The position numbers and the translations under genes are program-made. Source: an uncultured delta proteobacterium (GTDB lineage: Bacteria > Myxococcota_A > Polyangia > Palsa-1104). Taken from it: DNA of 64,000 nucleotides. The notes under the pieces are model-generated. The model saw only the letters and a program-made list of their open reading frames with translations. It did not search any database and had not been told where the DNA came from. Location: positions 1-64,000 of the forward strand of contig CAWAWS010000004.1 in assembly GCA_963785725.1 (NCBI GenBank), read 5' to 3'. Position 1 is the first letter of the stretch, and each line of letters starts with the position of its first letter. This document shows, piece after piece, positions 39,830-50,115 of this stretch.

Positions 39830-39903
39830 GGCATTCTGATTGCGCGCGAGTTGTCTCCCGCAGCCCGTAGGGCGAGGACCTTTGAGCGCGCAATCAGAAT
39901 GCC
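39830..39903. repeat. Inverted-repeat element with perfect 18-bp arms and 38-bp spacer (REP/MITE-like or bidirectional terminator)
   Basis: GGCATTCTGATTGCGCGC (39830-39847) / GCGCGCAATCAGAATGCC (39886-39903), inner GCCCGTAGGGC hairpin. Confidence 0.75.
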
Positions 39904-40247
39904 GGAGCGTTGCCGAAGGTGCCCCAGCCGCCGACGCGGCCGCCGAAGGGGCCGCTCAGCGTCGCGAGCTCGTGCTCGGCCGCTTTCAACGCCTCGTACG
40001 TGAGCATGAACTCGAGGCGCGTGCAGTAGCAGCACCAGCGCGACTCGTCGTCGTCGTCGGGACGCGCGTCGCAGGCGTAACCGACCGCGTCGGCGGCGCG
40101 CGCGACGGCTTCGGCGGCCGCTTCGTCGGGCACGCGGACGATGAAGTCGACGTCCATCGGCTTGGTCAGATCGGCGCGCTCGGCCACTTGCCGAAGCGCC
40201 TTGCCGTCGGCGTCGTCGGGAAAATCGACCATCGGCGGCGCCGTCAT
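39894..40247 (-). CDS. RraB-like (regulator of RNase E activity B fold) protein
   Basis: FPDDADGKAL...ADLTKPMDVDF...GGRVGGWGT; start uncertain. Confidence 0.72.
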   Translation of the reverse strand: MTAPPMVDFPDDADGKALRQVAERADLTKPMDVDFIVRVPDEAAAEAVARAADAVGYACDARPDDDDESRWCCYCTRLEFMLTYEALKAAEHELATLSGPFGGRVGGWGTFGNAPAF

Positions 40248-40340
40248 CTTCTCGGCCCAATAGGCGCTCGCATGCCGCCGCCTCCGTCGCCGCTCGAGCT
40301 GCTTGCGTAAACGCGCTTTCACGGTCGCATCGTACCGCGT

Positions 40341-40643
40341 TCAGTTCATCAGCGCCGCTTCTTCGGGCCGACCGAGCGCGCGCAAGACGGCCACGACCAC
40401 GACGTCGAAGGGCGTGTCGGCGTCGACGCGCAAGAGCCGGCCGTAGGCGTCGAGCGGCGCCAGCGCGGCTGCATCCTCGTCGCAGCGCACGAGCGTCAGG
40501 TCGGCGTCGAGCGCGCCGAGCAGCGCCGCGGCGTCGATGGCCGCGGCGACGCCGAGCGCGCGCACGCCGAGACGCCGCAGCGCCTCGACGAGCTGTGTGC
40601 GCGCCGGCTCGTCGCCGTCGACCACGAGGACGATGTCGTCCAC
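40341..40643 (-). CDS. Degenerate receiver-like protein (pseudo-receiver)
   Basis: IVLVVDGDEPARTQLVEALRRLG start; no Asp at the end of beta3 (LTLVRC) and no KP motif. Confidence 0.6.
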   Translation of the reverse strand: MDDIVLVVDGDEPARTQLVEALRRLGVRALGVAAAIDAAALLGALDADLTLVRCDEDAAALAPLDAYGRLLRVDADTPFDVVVVAVLRALGRPEEAALMN

Positions 40644-40646
40644 CTG

Positions 40647-41321
40647 CTATTCCGACAGCAGCCAATCCAGCGACGGGACCACGAGTCGCCGCTTGATGAC
40701 CTTGACGAGCCCTTTTTGCTGCAGCACGCCGATCGCCCGCGTCACCTTCTCGCGGCTGGCGCCGGCCAGATCGGCGAGCGTCCGGTGCGTCAGATCGAGC
40801 GCGACCTCGATGCCCTCTTCGCGCGGCTGACCCCAACGCTCGGCCAAGAGCAAGAGCACCGACTTCAGGCGCGCCTCGGTCGTGTAGCGCGAGAGCATGC
40901 GCACGAGGCGCCACGCGTCTTCTATCCTACGCGCCATCTGCTGCATGAGCCCGCGCTGCAGCTGCGGATGCTCGGCCAGCAGCTTCTCCCAATCCTCGCG
41001 CGGAATGACCAAGATCTTCGACGGCAACAGCGTCGTACAGGTGGCGGTCACTTGGTTGCCGTGGAACTGCTCGAGCTCGCCGAAGAGATCGCCCGGGCCG
41101 TGCAGCGCCAGGATGACCTCTTTGCCTTCGGGCGTAATTTGCGACTCTTTGACGCCGCCTTCACGGATGAGATAGACCGAGCGCGCCGGCTCGTTGGCGC
41201 GCACGATGGTGGCGCCGCGGCTCAGGCTCTGCTCGGCGGCGCCGGCGAGGCTGAACATCGCCGGCTCGTCGAGCTCGGCAAACAGAGGCATTCCGCGGAG
41301 AGTCTCGATGTCGACGGTCAT
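40647..41321 (-). CDS. Crp/Fnr-family transcriptional regulator
   Basis: VYLIREGGVK, GPGDLFGE, HTH LTHRTLADLAGASREKVTRAI; ATGA overlap with the upstream glycosyltransferase. Confidence 0.92.
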   Translation of the reverse strand: MTVDIETLRGMPLFAELDEPAMFSLAGAAEQSLSRGATIVRANEPARSVYLIREGGVKESQITPEGKEVILALHGPGDLFGELEQFHGNQVTATCTTLLPSKILVIPREDWEKLLAEHPQLQRGLMQQMARRIEDAWRLVRMLSRYTTEARLKSVLLLLAERWGQPREEGIEVALDLTHRTLADLAGASREKVTRAIGVLQQKGLVKVIKRRLVVPSLDWLLSE

Positions 41322-42589
41322 GGCTTCAGCTCCATCAGTAGGGTTTCGATCTCGGCCACCTTTGCGTCCCAGCTTTCGTGCGCCATCGCGTTCGATCGCG
41401 CGCGGTCGGGGCCGGATCCCGCGGCCAGCGCCTCGCCGACGCGGGTGACGAACGCATCGGCTCCGTCGGCGAGGTAGACCCCGTAGTCGGCGACGGCGAC
41501 CGCCTCGGGGATATCGGTCGAGACCACCGGCAAACCGGCGGCCAAATATTCGCGTAGCTTGAGCGGATTGGCGTTCTCGGTGAGCGCGTTCTTCACGAAG
41601 GGCAGGAGCGCGACGTCGAACGCTTTGCAATAGCCGGGCAGCGACGCATACGGCTTGCGGCCGACGAAGTGCACGTTCGCCTTGGCCTTCAGCTTCTCGA
41701 TGCCCGCTTTGTCGGCGTTGTTGTGCTCGCCGACGATGATGACGCTGCCGTGCGGATAGGCGTCGGCCACCTTGGCCATCGCCTCCAAGTCGACCCACTC
41801 GGCGACGAGCCCGTAGAAGCCGAAGCGCGGCCGCGGCAAATCTTTGACGTCGGCCGGAATCTCCGTCCCCGAGTCGAGCGCCTTGGCGAAGTGGTGCTGC
41901 TCGACGCCGTGACGAATCAGGTGCGTATTGCCGTTGAGCTTCGCCTTCGACTGCTGCAGCGGCGTCGAGCAGGTGATGACGAGGTCGCTCTTGCCGATCA
42001 GCTCCGCTTCCAGCTTCGCGATGTCGTCGCCGGCGCCGGCGAACTGCGCGTACTCGTCGACGCAGTGGTAGACCACGTGCCGGCAGCCGAGCGAGCGCGC
42101 CACCCACGCCGACGCGGGCACGAACGTGTACAACAGCGGATCGTCGAAGCCGAGCGCCCGCATCGCGCCGCGCACGGTCAGGCCGACGGTGATCTCGTTG
42201 ATCGCGCGCGCCCAGCGCGCCTGATAGTTCGGCACCGCCAGCGGCGTAATCGTGTAGATGTTCTCGGCCACTTTGACCGGGCCCGCCGTCAATTGCCCGG
42301 CGAACTTCTTCAGCTTGTCGAAGATGCGGCCGAGATCGCGCGCCGTCGCCCGCGGCGCGCGGTTGCCGAGCGAGTTCACCCACAAGACGCGGTTGTGCTT
42401 CGCCAGCCGCGTCATGACGTGCTTCTTCGACAGCGGATCGCCCGACCAATCGTTGGCGAAGCAGACGATGTCGCGCCCGACCAGATGCGGCTGGCGCGCG
42501 TTCGCCGACGATTGTGCGGTCGCGCTGAGTAATTGTGCGTCCGCATCAAGCAGTTGTGCGTTTGCACCATGAGCCGCTGCAGTCGACAT
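41318..42589 (-). CDS. GT-B glycosyltransferase (TuaH-like)
   Basis: YHCVDEY, RHGV, GFYGLVAEWVD, NPLKLREYLAAGLPVVS. Confidence 0.9.
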   Translation of the reverse strand: MSTAAAHGANAQLLDADAQLLSATAQSSANARQPHLVGRDIVCFANDWSGDPLSKKHVMTRLAKHNRVLWVNSLGNRAPRATARDLGRIFDKLKKFAGQLTAGPVKVAENIYTITPLAVPNYQARWARAINEITVGLTVRGAMRALGFDDPLLYTFVPASAWVARSLGCRHVVYHCVDEYAQFAGAGDDIAKLEAELIGKSDLVITCSTPLQQSKAKLNGNTHLIRHGVEQHHFAKALDSGTEIPADVKDLPRPRFGFYGLVAEWVDLEAMAKVADAYPHGSVIIVGEHNNADKAGIEKLKAKANVHFVGRKPYASLPGYCKAFDVALLPFVKNALTENANPLKLREYLAAGLPVVSTDIPEAVAVADYGVYLADGADAFVTRVGEALAAGSGPDRARSNAMAHESWDAKVAEIETLLMELKP

Positions 42590-44511
42590 CAGGCGACCTC
42601 CGACAACGGCTCGGGACGCGGGCGCGCCTCGGCGCTGAAGTTGCGATGCCACAGCTCGAGCACGACCAGCGGCCACAGCTCGGCCGACAAGTCGGCGCCC
42701 GCCTGATGGCGATCCCACAGCCGATGCAAGAACGGCGTGTCGAAGCGTTCGTTGGCCAAGGAGCGGCGATCGAAGAGCGCGGCCTCGGCCATGTCGCGCA
42801 TGCCGCCGCGCAGCCACGCCGCCGTCGGCGTGCCGAAGCCCATCTTGGGACGGTCGAGCACCGCTTGCGGCACGCGACCGCGCGCCGCTCGCCGCAAGAG
42901 CGCCTTGCCGACGCCGCCCGCGATCTTCATGTGATCGGGCAGCGCCCACGTGTGCTCCATGAGCTCGTGATCGAGGAAGGGGACGCGCAGCTCGATCGCG
43001 TGCGCCATCGTCATCTTGTCGGCTTTGACCAAGAGATCGTCGGGCAGCCACACTTTGCCGTCGAGATAGAGCATGCGGCGCAACGGCGTCATGCCGCGCG
43101 TCGCTTGCCAGTGCGGCGCGAGCAGCGAATGCAGCACGTCCGAGGCGTCGGAGCCGTGCGCGTGCGGCTTGTAGAGCCGCTCGACCGCGTCGTCGTCGAA
43201 GGCGCGCGAGACGCCGCGATAGCTCGTCTCGAGCGTGCCCGCGCACAGCCGCGCCGCGCGGCGCAGCTTGTCCGACGGCAACTTGGCTCCGAGGCGGCCG
43301 AGCAGCGACAAGGCGGCCGAGCCGGCGCCGAGCCGCGCGCGCAGCTGCTCCATGCGCTGCATCTTGCGGTAGATGGAGTAGCCGCCCATCGCCTCGTCGG
43401 CGCCTTCGCCCGAGAGCACGACGGTGACGTGCTGCTTGGCCGTCTGCGACAGGAAGTAGAGCGGCACGCAGGCGGCATCGGCCACCGGCTCGTCGAGGTG
43501 CCAGACGATCTTGGGCAGCGCGTCGGCCGCCTCTTTCATCGTCACGCGGCGCTCGTGATGCTCGGTGCCGAGCGCGTTCGCGGCCAGGCGCGCGTAGGCC
43601 AGCTCGTCCTCGGATTGCGCGGCGTCTTCGGCGTAGCCGACGCTGAAGGTCTTGAGGGCGCCGCGCGCGTCGGCGGCGCGCAGCATCGACGCCGTGATGA
43701 ACGTCGAGTCGAGCCCGCCGGACAAGAACGCGCCCACCGGTACTTCGGCCATCAGGCGCAGCTCGGTGGCGTGGTCGATGCGCTGCTGCAGCTCGTTGGC
43801 GGCTTCGGCTTCCGTCGGCGGCGTGGCGTCGCGCGTCGCCACGTCCGACAAGTCCCAATAGCGCGACAGCGTCACGTTGCCGCGCTGCCACGTCATCACG
43901 GTCGCCGGCGGCAGCTTCTTGATGCCGCGAAACATCGTCAGCGGCGCCGGCACGTAGCGCAGGGCGAGATAGGCGGCGAGCGCGTCGTCGTCGACGGCGC
44001 CGTCGACCTGCGGCACGGCGAGCAGCGACTTCACCTCGGAGCCGAACACCAAATCGCCGCCGAGCTGCGCGTAATAAATCGGCTTGATGCCCATGCGGTC
44101 GCGGACGAGGACGAGCTTCTTGGCGCGGTCGTCCCAAATGGCGAAGGCGAACATGCCGCGCAGCTTCTTCGGGCAGTCGACGCCCCACTCTTCGTAGGCG
44201 TGGACGATCGCTTCGGTGTCGGAGTGGGTGCGGAACTTATGGCCACGCGCGACCAGCTCGCGGCGCAGCTCGACGTGGTTGTAGATCTCGCCGTTGAACA
44301 CGATCCAGACGGTGTCGTCCTCGTTGGCGAGCGGCTGGCGGCCGCCGGCGAGGTCGATGATGCTCAAGCGGCGATGGCCGAGCCCGACCTGCGTGCGCAG
44401 GTGGTAGCCATGGTCGTCGGGACCGCGATGGGCGATCAGCTCCGTCATGCGGAAAATTTCTGCACGATCGACGGGAGCGGTCTGATTTACGCGGCCGGCA
44501 ATGCCACACAT
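42589..44511 (-). CDS. asnB: Asparagine synthase-like glutamine amidotransferase
   Basis: MCGIAG, HRGPD, FNGEIYN, LSGGLDS, LSGEGADE, ELRVPFLD. Confidence 0.95.
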   Translation of the reverse strand: MCGIAGRVNQTAPVDRAEIFRMTELIAHRGPDDHGYHLRTQVGLGHRRLSIIDLAGGRQPLANEDDTVWIVFNGEIYNHVELRRELVARGHKFRTHSDTEAIVHAYEEWGVDCPKKLRGMFAFAIWDDRAKKLVLVRDRMGIKPIYYAQLGGDLVFGSEVKSLLAVPQVDGAVDDDALAAYLALRYVPAPLTMFRGIKKLPPATVMTWQRGNVTLSRYWDLSDVATRDATPPTEAEAANELQQRIDHATELRLMAEVPVGAFLSGGLDSTFITASMLRAADARGALKTFSVGYAEDAAQSEDELAYARLAANALGTEHHERRVTMKEAADALPKIVWHLDEPVADAACVPLYFLSQTAKQHVTVVLSGEGADEAMGGYSIYRKMQRMEQLRARLGAGSAALSLLGRLGAKLPSDKLRRAARLCAGTLETSYRGVSRAFDDDAVERLYKPHAHGSDASDVLHSLLAPHWQATRGMTPLRRMLYLDGKVWLPDDLLVKADKMTMAHAIELRVPFLDHELMEHTWALPDHMKIAGGVGKALLRRAARGRVPQAVLDRPKMGFGTPTAAWLRGGMRDMAEAALFDRRSLANERFDTPFLHRLWDRHQAGADLSAELWPLVVLELWHRNFSAEARPRPEPLSEVA

Positions 44512-44577
44512 TGCGGGTCTCCTTGGCGAAGCACGAGGCTCACCGGGTCACCAACGACACCGTGCGAGCGATACTGG

Positions 44578-45621
44578 TTAGCGTGCTGTTGCGAGAGACG
44601 TGCCGTTCGTGACGGCCGCGCCCATGTGGCGATAGAGGTCGAGCAGCTCGGGTAAGCAGTCCAGCTGAGGCATGAATTCAGGCAAACGCTTGTCGACGGC
44701 GAGGAAGATTTGTTCCGCGCACGCGGACGAATCGCCGGCCGGGAAACCCAAGATGCCGGCCGGTCGCGCGCCGACCAGCGAGGCGACGACCGGTCGGTGG
44801 AGGGCCAAGGCCTCGCGCACGCTGATGGCGTCGCCGTCGGCGAGCGTCGGGCGCACGAAGACGTCGGCGGCGGCGGCCACGGCCAAGGCGCGCTCGCGCG
44901 GCAACTCGCCCAAGTGGTGCACGCGGCCGGCGAGCCCGCGGGCCTGCACGGCGGCGACGAGGGCGGGCGCGCGCGTACCCGGCCCGTACACGACGAGTCC
45001 GGCGTCCGGGCGCTTCTTGCACACCAGCGCGAAGGCGTCGAGCAGGCAGTCGGCGCCGTATTCGACGCCGTGCGCGAGCATGCAGGCCACGAGCAGCGAA
45101 TGGGCGCGCCGCAGCTGCGTCAGCCCCGACGGCGGCAGGCGAAAGCTCAGCGACGAAGGCGTAAACGCCGCGCAGAGGCTGAGGTGGTCGGCGGCGACGC
45201 CGGCGGCGACGAGCGCGGCGGCGATCTCGGCGTTGACGGCGATGACGCGCGTGTACAGCCGACAGATGTAGCGCGTCCACGTCGCATGGGCGCGGATGAA
45301 GTCGGGCGCCAGCCCCGAGTGCAGCGTCAACAGCGACGGGCCGAGGTGGCCGGCGGCGCAGAGCGCGGCCAGCGTCCAGCTGCCGCGGTTGTGCCCGTTT
45401 GTGTGCACGTGGATGAGGTCGCGGCGCAGGCGCGCGCGCGCCAGCTTGGCGAGCAGGCGCGGGCGGCCGTCGCGACCGTCGGGGCCACGGCGGCGCGGAT
45501 CGACGATCTCGGCCGGCAACCCGGCCGCTTCCAACGCGCGTGCGAGCTCGAGGCAGTGCGTGGCGACGCCGCCGGCGGGCGGCGGCAGCGCGCCGACGAT
45601 GAGCGCGGCCGTCGCGGTCAC
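44578..45621 (-). CDS. Glycosyltransferase family 4
   Basis: PPPAGGVATH, DVFVRPTLADGDAISVREALAL. Confidence 0.85.
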   Translation of the reverse strand: MTATAALIVGALPPPAGGVATHCLELARALEAAGLPAEIVDPRRRGPDGRDGRPRLLAKLARARLRRDLIHVHTNGHNRGSWTLAALCAAGHLGPSLLTLHSGLAPDFIRAHATWTRYICRLYTRVIAVNAEIAAALVAAGVAADHLSLCAAFTPSSLSFRLPPSGLTQLRRAHSLLVACMLAHGVEYGADCLLDAFALVCKKRPDAGLVVYGPGTRAPALVAAVQARGLAGRVHHLGELPRERALAVAAAADVFVRPTLADGDAISVREALALHRPVVASLVGARPAGILGFPAGDSSACAEQIFLAVDKRLPEFMPQLDCLPELLDLYRHMGAAVTNGTSLATAR

Positions 45622-46886
45622 GCCGATGACATATCGGCCGAGGCGTAGGGCCGATCGTGCGCGCCGACGAGCGAGTCATACAGCGACACGACCGTGCGGC
45701 ACATCTTCTCCAGCGAATACTGCGCCTCGACGTGCTGGCGACCGCGCAAGCCCATGACGTGACCGGCGAGCGGATTGCCGAGCGCGCGCGCGATGGCGTC
45801 GGCCAGCTCCGCCGGCTTTCGCGGCTCGACGAGGAAGCCGTGCACGCCGTCGGTCATGACCTCGGGGATGCCGCCGACGCGCGTGGCGACGACGGGCCGC
45901 GCCGCGCACATCGCCTCCAAGACGGCGTTGGGGAAGCCTTCGGACCACGACGGATGCACGACCAAGTCGGCGCGCGACAGGATGCTGGGCACGTCGTCGC
46001 GGCGGCCGATGAAGACGACGTCGTCGCCGAGGCCGAGCGTGCGCGTTTGCGCTTCCAGCGCCGGCCGGCACACGCCGTCGGACACGAGGATCCACTGCGC
46101 GCGAATGCCTTTGGACTTGAGCAGCGCCGCCGCCTGCAACAGATCGCCGTGGCCTTTGTCGGGCAGATGCATCGAGCCGACCGTGACGACGCGCGGCAAC
46201 GCCACCGGTGCCGCCGGCAGCAGCGGCTCGGGCGTCTTGAACGCCTGCAGATCGAAGTGCGCCACGTCGATGCCGTTGTGAATGACGTGCATGGCCGCGT
46301 GATCGACGCCCAACTCGCGCTCGGTCTGCTTGGCGACGGCGCTGGCGTTGGCGATGACGACGTCGGCCATCTTGCACGCGAAGCGCAGCGCCTTGCGCTG
46401 CGTCGGGTTGAGCCAATGCGCCAAGTCGCGACGGCTGGCGATGCTCTTGGCGCCCGCCAAACCGGCGGCGGCGACGCCGATCAGGTTCGAGTAGAAGTCG
46501 TGCGCGTGGATGATCTTGATGTTCTCGCGCCGGCACATGAGCGCCATGCGCGCGATTTGGTAGCCGGTGTTGGCCTGTGCCAGCGAGCCGCGCAGCGGGA
46601 ATTCGATGGGCGGCAGCCCGATCTCGACGAGCCGTGGATAGAGCTCGCCGCCCTGCTTGAAGCAGGCGACGAACGGGCGATAGCGCCGGCGGTCGATGCG
46701 GCGCAAGAGCTCGAACAGCTGCCGCTCGGTGCCGCCGACGTTGAGGCAGTCGACGACGTGCAAGACGCCGAGCGGCTGCGCGCCGCCGCTGCCGCCGGCC
46801 ACCTTCGTTTGGTCGTACGTCGCCGAGTGAAACGGATCGTGCGCGCGATGGCGAATCCCCGGCGCATACGAGACGAGGTCACCCAT
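45618..46886 (-). CDS. Glycosyltransferase family 4
   Basis: GGTERQ, IHNGID, KGH, SWSEGFPNAVLEAM. Confidence 0.93.
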   Translation of the reverse strand: MGDLVSYAPGIRHRAHDPFHSATYDQTKVAGGSGGAQPLGVLHVVDCLNVGGTERQLFELLRRIDRRRYRPFVACFKQGGELYPRLVEIGLPPIEFPLRGSLAQANTGYQIARMALMCRRENIKIIHAHDFYSNLIGVAAAGLAGAKSIASRRDLAHWLNPTQRKALRFACKMADVVIANASAVAKQTERELGVDHAAMHVIHNGIDVAHFDLQAFKTPEPLLPAAPVALPRVVTVGSMHLPDKGHGDLLQAAALLKSKGIRAQWILVSDGVCRPALEAQTRTLGLGDDVVFIGRRDDVPSILSRADLVVHPSWSEGFPNAVLEAMCAARPVVATRVGGIPEVMTDGVHGFLVEPRKPAELADAIARALGNPLAGHVMGLRGRQHVEAQYSLEKMCRTVVSLYDSLVGAHDRPYASADMSSA

Positions 46887-48813
46887 GGGCGAGCTCCGGC
46901 TCGGCCGCGCCATCGAGCGCCGGCTGCGACTGATCGAGGAAGCGCCGTGCCCATAATTCGAGCGTCATCAAGCTCCAGATCGAGAGCGCGTGATCGCGCC
47001 GTCCCGTCATGTGCTCATCGACGATGGTGCCGACCGCCTGCGGATCGAGCCAACCGCGTTCACGCATGCGCTTGTCGCTAAGCAATTCCAATGCCGGCTC
47101 ACGCAACGCGCCGCGCAGCCACTTGACGATGGGCACGCCGAAGCCGCGCTTGGGTCGCTTGAGGATGTCGTCGGGCAAGAGGTCGGCGACCGCGCGCTTG
47201 AAGACGTGCTTCTGCGCGCCGTCGGCCGTCAGCTTCAGCGCCGACGGCATCGCGAACACGCGCTCGACCAGCGTGTGATCGAGGAGCGGCGGGCGCGCTT
47301 CGAGCGAATGCGCCATCGTCATGCGATCGACTTTGGTCAGGATATCGAGCGGCAGATAGGTCAGCGTGTCGAGGTAGAGCATCCGGCGCGTCAAGTCGCC
47401 GGGCGCGTGCGCCATGATGGCTTCGCGGTCGCGATGAGCATCGGCCGCGTCGAGCCCGCGCGCCGCCAGCTGCGCCTTGAGCGCGGGCGCGACGAGCCGC
47501 GCCTTGAACGGCTGCTGAAACAGCGACTCGCCGTCGACATAGCGCGCGTGCGCCGGCAGCGCGATGTGGCGCAGATAGCGCTTGCCGGGCGCGCGATCGG
47601 GCAGCTGCGCGGCGCCGAGCGCCAGGATCTTGCGCAGCGGCGCCGGCATCCAGCCGAAGCGGCGCTCCTCGCGCGCCGTCCACGCGTAGCGTTCGTAGCC
47701 GGCGAAGACCTCGTCGCCGCCGTCGCCGGAGAGCACGACTTTGACGTGCTCGGCGGCCAGCTTCGAGACGAGATAGGTCGGCACCGAGCTGACGTCGGCG
47801 AAGGGCTCGTCGAGGAACCAGGTGAGCTTCTCGGTCAGCTCCCAGGCGTCGGGGCGCACGATGAGCTCGTGATGATCGGTCTCGAACTTCTTGGCGATGA
47901 TGCGCGCGTAATCGAGCTCGTTGAAGTCGGCCTCCTCGAAGCCGATGCTGAACGTCTTGGGGCGCGCGCCGAGCTCGTGCATCGTGCCGACGATGGTCGC
48001 CGAGTCGACGCCGCCGGACAGAAAGGCGCCCACGGGCACGTCGGCGATCAGGTGCGACTTGACGGCGTCGCGCACGAGGCCGCGCACTTCGTCGATGGCG
48101 TCGCGCTCGCTGATCCGGCGCTCGGGGATGCTCGCCAAGTCCCAATAGCGGCGAATCGTCAGCTCGCCCTTGCGATAGCGCAGGAGATGGCCCGGCGGCA
48201 GCTTGCGCACGACGTCCAAGATCGACTGATCGGGCGACGTGTGGCCGAACGACAGATAGTGCGAGATCGCCGCCGGTGACACGGTTCGGCGCACGTCGGG
48301 ATGGCACAAGAGTGACTTCAGCTCGCTGCCGAACACGAGGCCGCGCGGCGTGGCGGCGTAATACATGGGCTTGATGCCGAGGCGGTCGCGGGCGATGAGC
48401 AGCGCCTGCTTCTCGCGATCCCACAAGGCGAAGCCGAACATGCCCGACAACTCGTCGACGAGCGTCTCGCCGCGCTCTTCGTAGAGGTGCACGAGCGTCT
48501 CGGTGTCGCTCGTCGTCGTAAAGGTGTGGCCGCGCGCCAAGAGGCCGTGGCGCAGCGCCTGATAGTTGTAGATTTCGCCGTTGAAGACGACGTTGTAGCG
48601 GCCGTCTTCGTTGGCGATGGGCTGCTTGCCGCCGCCGAGATCGATGATCGACAGGCGGCGCATGCCCATCGCGCACTTGCCGTCGTTGTACAGGCCGTTG
48701 TCGTCGGGGCCGCGGTGGATGATGCTGCCGTCCATCGCGTTCAAGGTGCGCTCGACGCTGCGCGGGTCGCCGAGATCACCCGAGGCGGCGACGAAGCCGT
48801 AGATGCCGCACAT
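46879..48813 (-). CDS. asnB: Second asparagine synthase-like glutamine amidotransferase
   Basis: MCGIYG, HRGPD, LSGGVDS, LSGDGGDEVFAGY, KVDRMTMAHSLEAR. Confidence 0.95.
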   Translation of the reverse strand: MCGIYGFVAASGDLGDPRSVERTLNAMDGSIIHRGPDDNGLYNDGKCAMGMRRLSIIDLGGGKQPIANEDGRYNVVFNGEIYNYQALRHGLLARGHTFTTTSDTETLVHLYEERGETLVDELSGMFGFALWDREKQALLIARDRLGIKPMYYAATPRGLVFGSELKSLLCHPDVRRTVSPAAISHYLSFGHTSPDQSILDVVRKLPPGHLLRYRKGELTIRRYWDLASIPERRISERDAIDEVRGLVRDAVKSHLIADVPVGAFLSGGVDSATIVGTMHELGARPKTFSIGFEEADFNELDYARIIAKKFETDHHELIVRPDAWELTEKLTWFLDEPFADVSSVPTYLVSKLAAEHVKVVLSGDGGDEVFAGYERYAWTAREERRFGWMPAPLRKILALGAAQLPDRAPGKRYLRHIALPAHARYVDGESLFQQPFKARLVAPALKAQLAARGLDAADAHRDREAIMAHAPGDLTRRMLYLDTLTYLPLDILTKVDRMTMAHSLEARPPLLDHTLVERVFAMPSALKLTADGAQKHVFKRAVADLLPDDILKRPKRGFGVPIVKWLRGALREPALELLSDKRMRERGWLDPQAVGTIVDEHMTGRRDHALSIWSLMTLELWARRFLDQSQPALDGAAEPELAHG

Positions 48814-48816
48814 GCG

Positions 48817-50115
48817 CTACCCCCGCCCCGCCAACGCCGGAACCGGCGACATCGCCGCGTAGCGATGGTCGGTGACGACCTCGAGCTGCTTGGCGGCGAC
48901 GATGCTCTCGGCGTCGAGGCGACGAATGACGAAGGCGAAGCTGGCCAAGAGGTAGATCGGCCAGGTCCAGGCGATGCCACCCCAGACGCTGCAGATGACG
49001 AAGCCGACGAGGCCCGCTTGCACGCCGCGCGCGATCGACTGCACGGGGCTGGTGACCTTGCCCGCGTGCAGCGTGCCGAGCGCGGAGGCGCCGAGCACGG
49101 TCAAGAACAGGAGCAGCGCCGGCAGGCCGAGCTCGGAGATGAGCTGAATGTACGTGTTGTGCTCGGAGCGCGCTTCGCCGGCGTCGCCGGGCGCGTACTC
49201 GGGCCACGCGATCATGAAGGCGCCGGCGCCGACGCCGGTCATCGGGCGATCTTTGACCATGTTGACGCCGGTGCGCCAGGCGTCGTAACGGCCGCGGGCC
49301 GAGGCGTCTTCGCCGTAGGCGGTCGCCTCTTGGGTGCGCGTGCTCCACGGGTTGGTCGGCGACATCATGACGAGCGCCGTGAGCACCGCGGCGACGCCGA
49401 GGACGAACGGCGCGCGTCTGACCGAGCGCAGCGCGTAGAAGAGGACGACGACGAGCGCCGCGAACATGCCGGTGCGCGACTGCGTCAACAGAACGCCGTA
49501 GCCGATGGGCGCGATGAGGGCGAGCCAGCCGATCTTGTGCAGGCGCGACGTCGCCGCAGAGGAGGCCGCCAAGACCATGGCCACGCCGATGACGAGGTGG
49601 TAGGCGAGGTCGTTGGGGTTGGCGAAGATGCCGATCCAGCCGGCGCGATCGCCCTCGACGAGGTGCTCGCCGTGCGCGTGCGACCAGGCGGCGCCGACGG
49701 CGGGAATGACCGAGGCGATGGCCAGCACGCGCACCGCCGTCATCAGGCGCGACTCGGAGTCGACCGTGTTGACGACGAGCAGGAAGATGGCGAGGTACTT
49801 GAGGCCGTCGGTGAAGGTGTCGAAGCTGAACTTGGGCCAGAACGACCACGACACCGACAAGCCGACGAGGGCGAACAGCGCCAGGAGCGCCTTGCCTTGC
49901 ACGCCGCCGACGCTGAGCCGGCGGTTGTAGAGCAGCCAGCTGCCGCCGAGCGCCGCCAGCGACAGGCCGGCGGCGATCTTGGCGAAGGCGAAGTCTTCCA
50001 GGCCGTCGAACCAGTTGCCGGGGTTGGCGTAGACGATGAGGATGAAGGCCAGAAGGCCGAAGAAGGCGACGCCGGCGCCGGCGTTGCGCGAACGGGTCAG
50101 GCTGTCAGTACGCAA
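48817..50115 (-). CDS. O-antigen ligase/Wzy_C-domain polymerase
   Basis: Multiple TM helices, FANPNDLA, TQSRTG, TGVGAGAF, HNTYIQLISELGLP; TTG start with GGAGGT RBS inferred. Confidence 0.88.
   Translation of the reverse strand: MRTDSLTRSRNAGAGVAFFGLLAFILIVYANPGNWFDGLEDFAFAKIAAGLSLAALGGSWLLYNRRLSVGGVQGKALLALFALVGLSVSWSFWPKFSFDTFTDGLKYLAIFLLVVNTVDSESRLMTAVRVLAIASVIPAVGAAWSHAHGEHLVEGDRAGWIGIFANPNDLAYHLVIGVAMVLAASSAATSRLHKIGWLALIAPIGYGVLLTQSRTGMFAALVVVLFYALRSVRRAPFVLGVAAVLTALVMMSPTNPWSTRTQEATAYGEDASARGRYDAWRTGVNMVKDRPMTGVGAGAFMIAWPEYAPGDAGEARSEHNTYIQLISELGLPALLLFLTVLGASALGTLHAGKVTSPVQSIARGVQAGLVGFVICSVWGGIAWTWPIYLLASFAFVIRRLDAESIVAAKQLEVVTDHRYAAMSPVPALAGRG

Noticed and set aside
42589..48813. 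Lasso peptide cyclases
   Set aside because: Both AsnBs have intact glutaminase domains, there is no B protein or precursor, and the context is glycan synthesis
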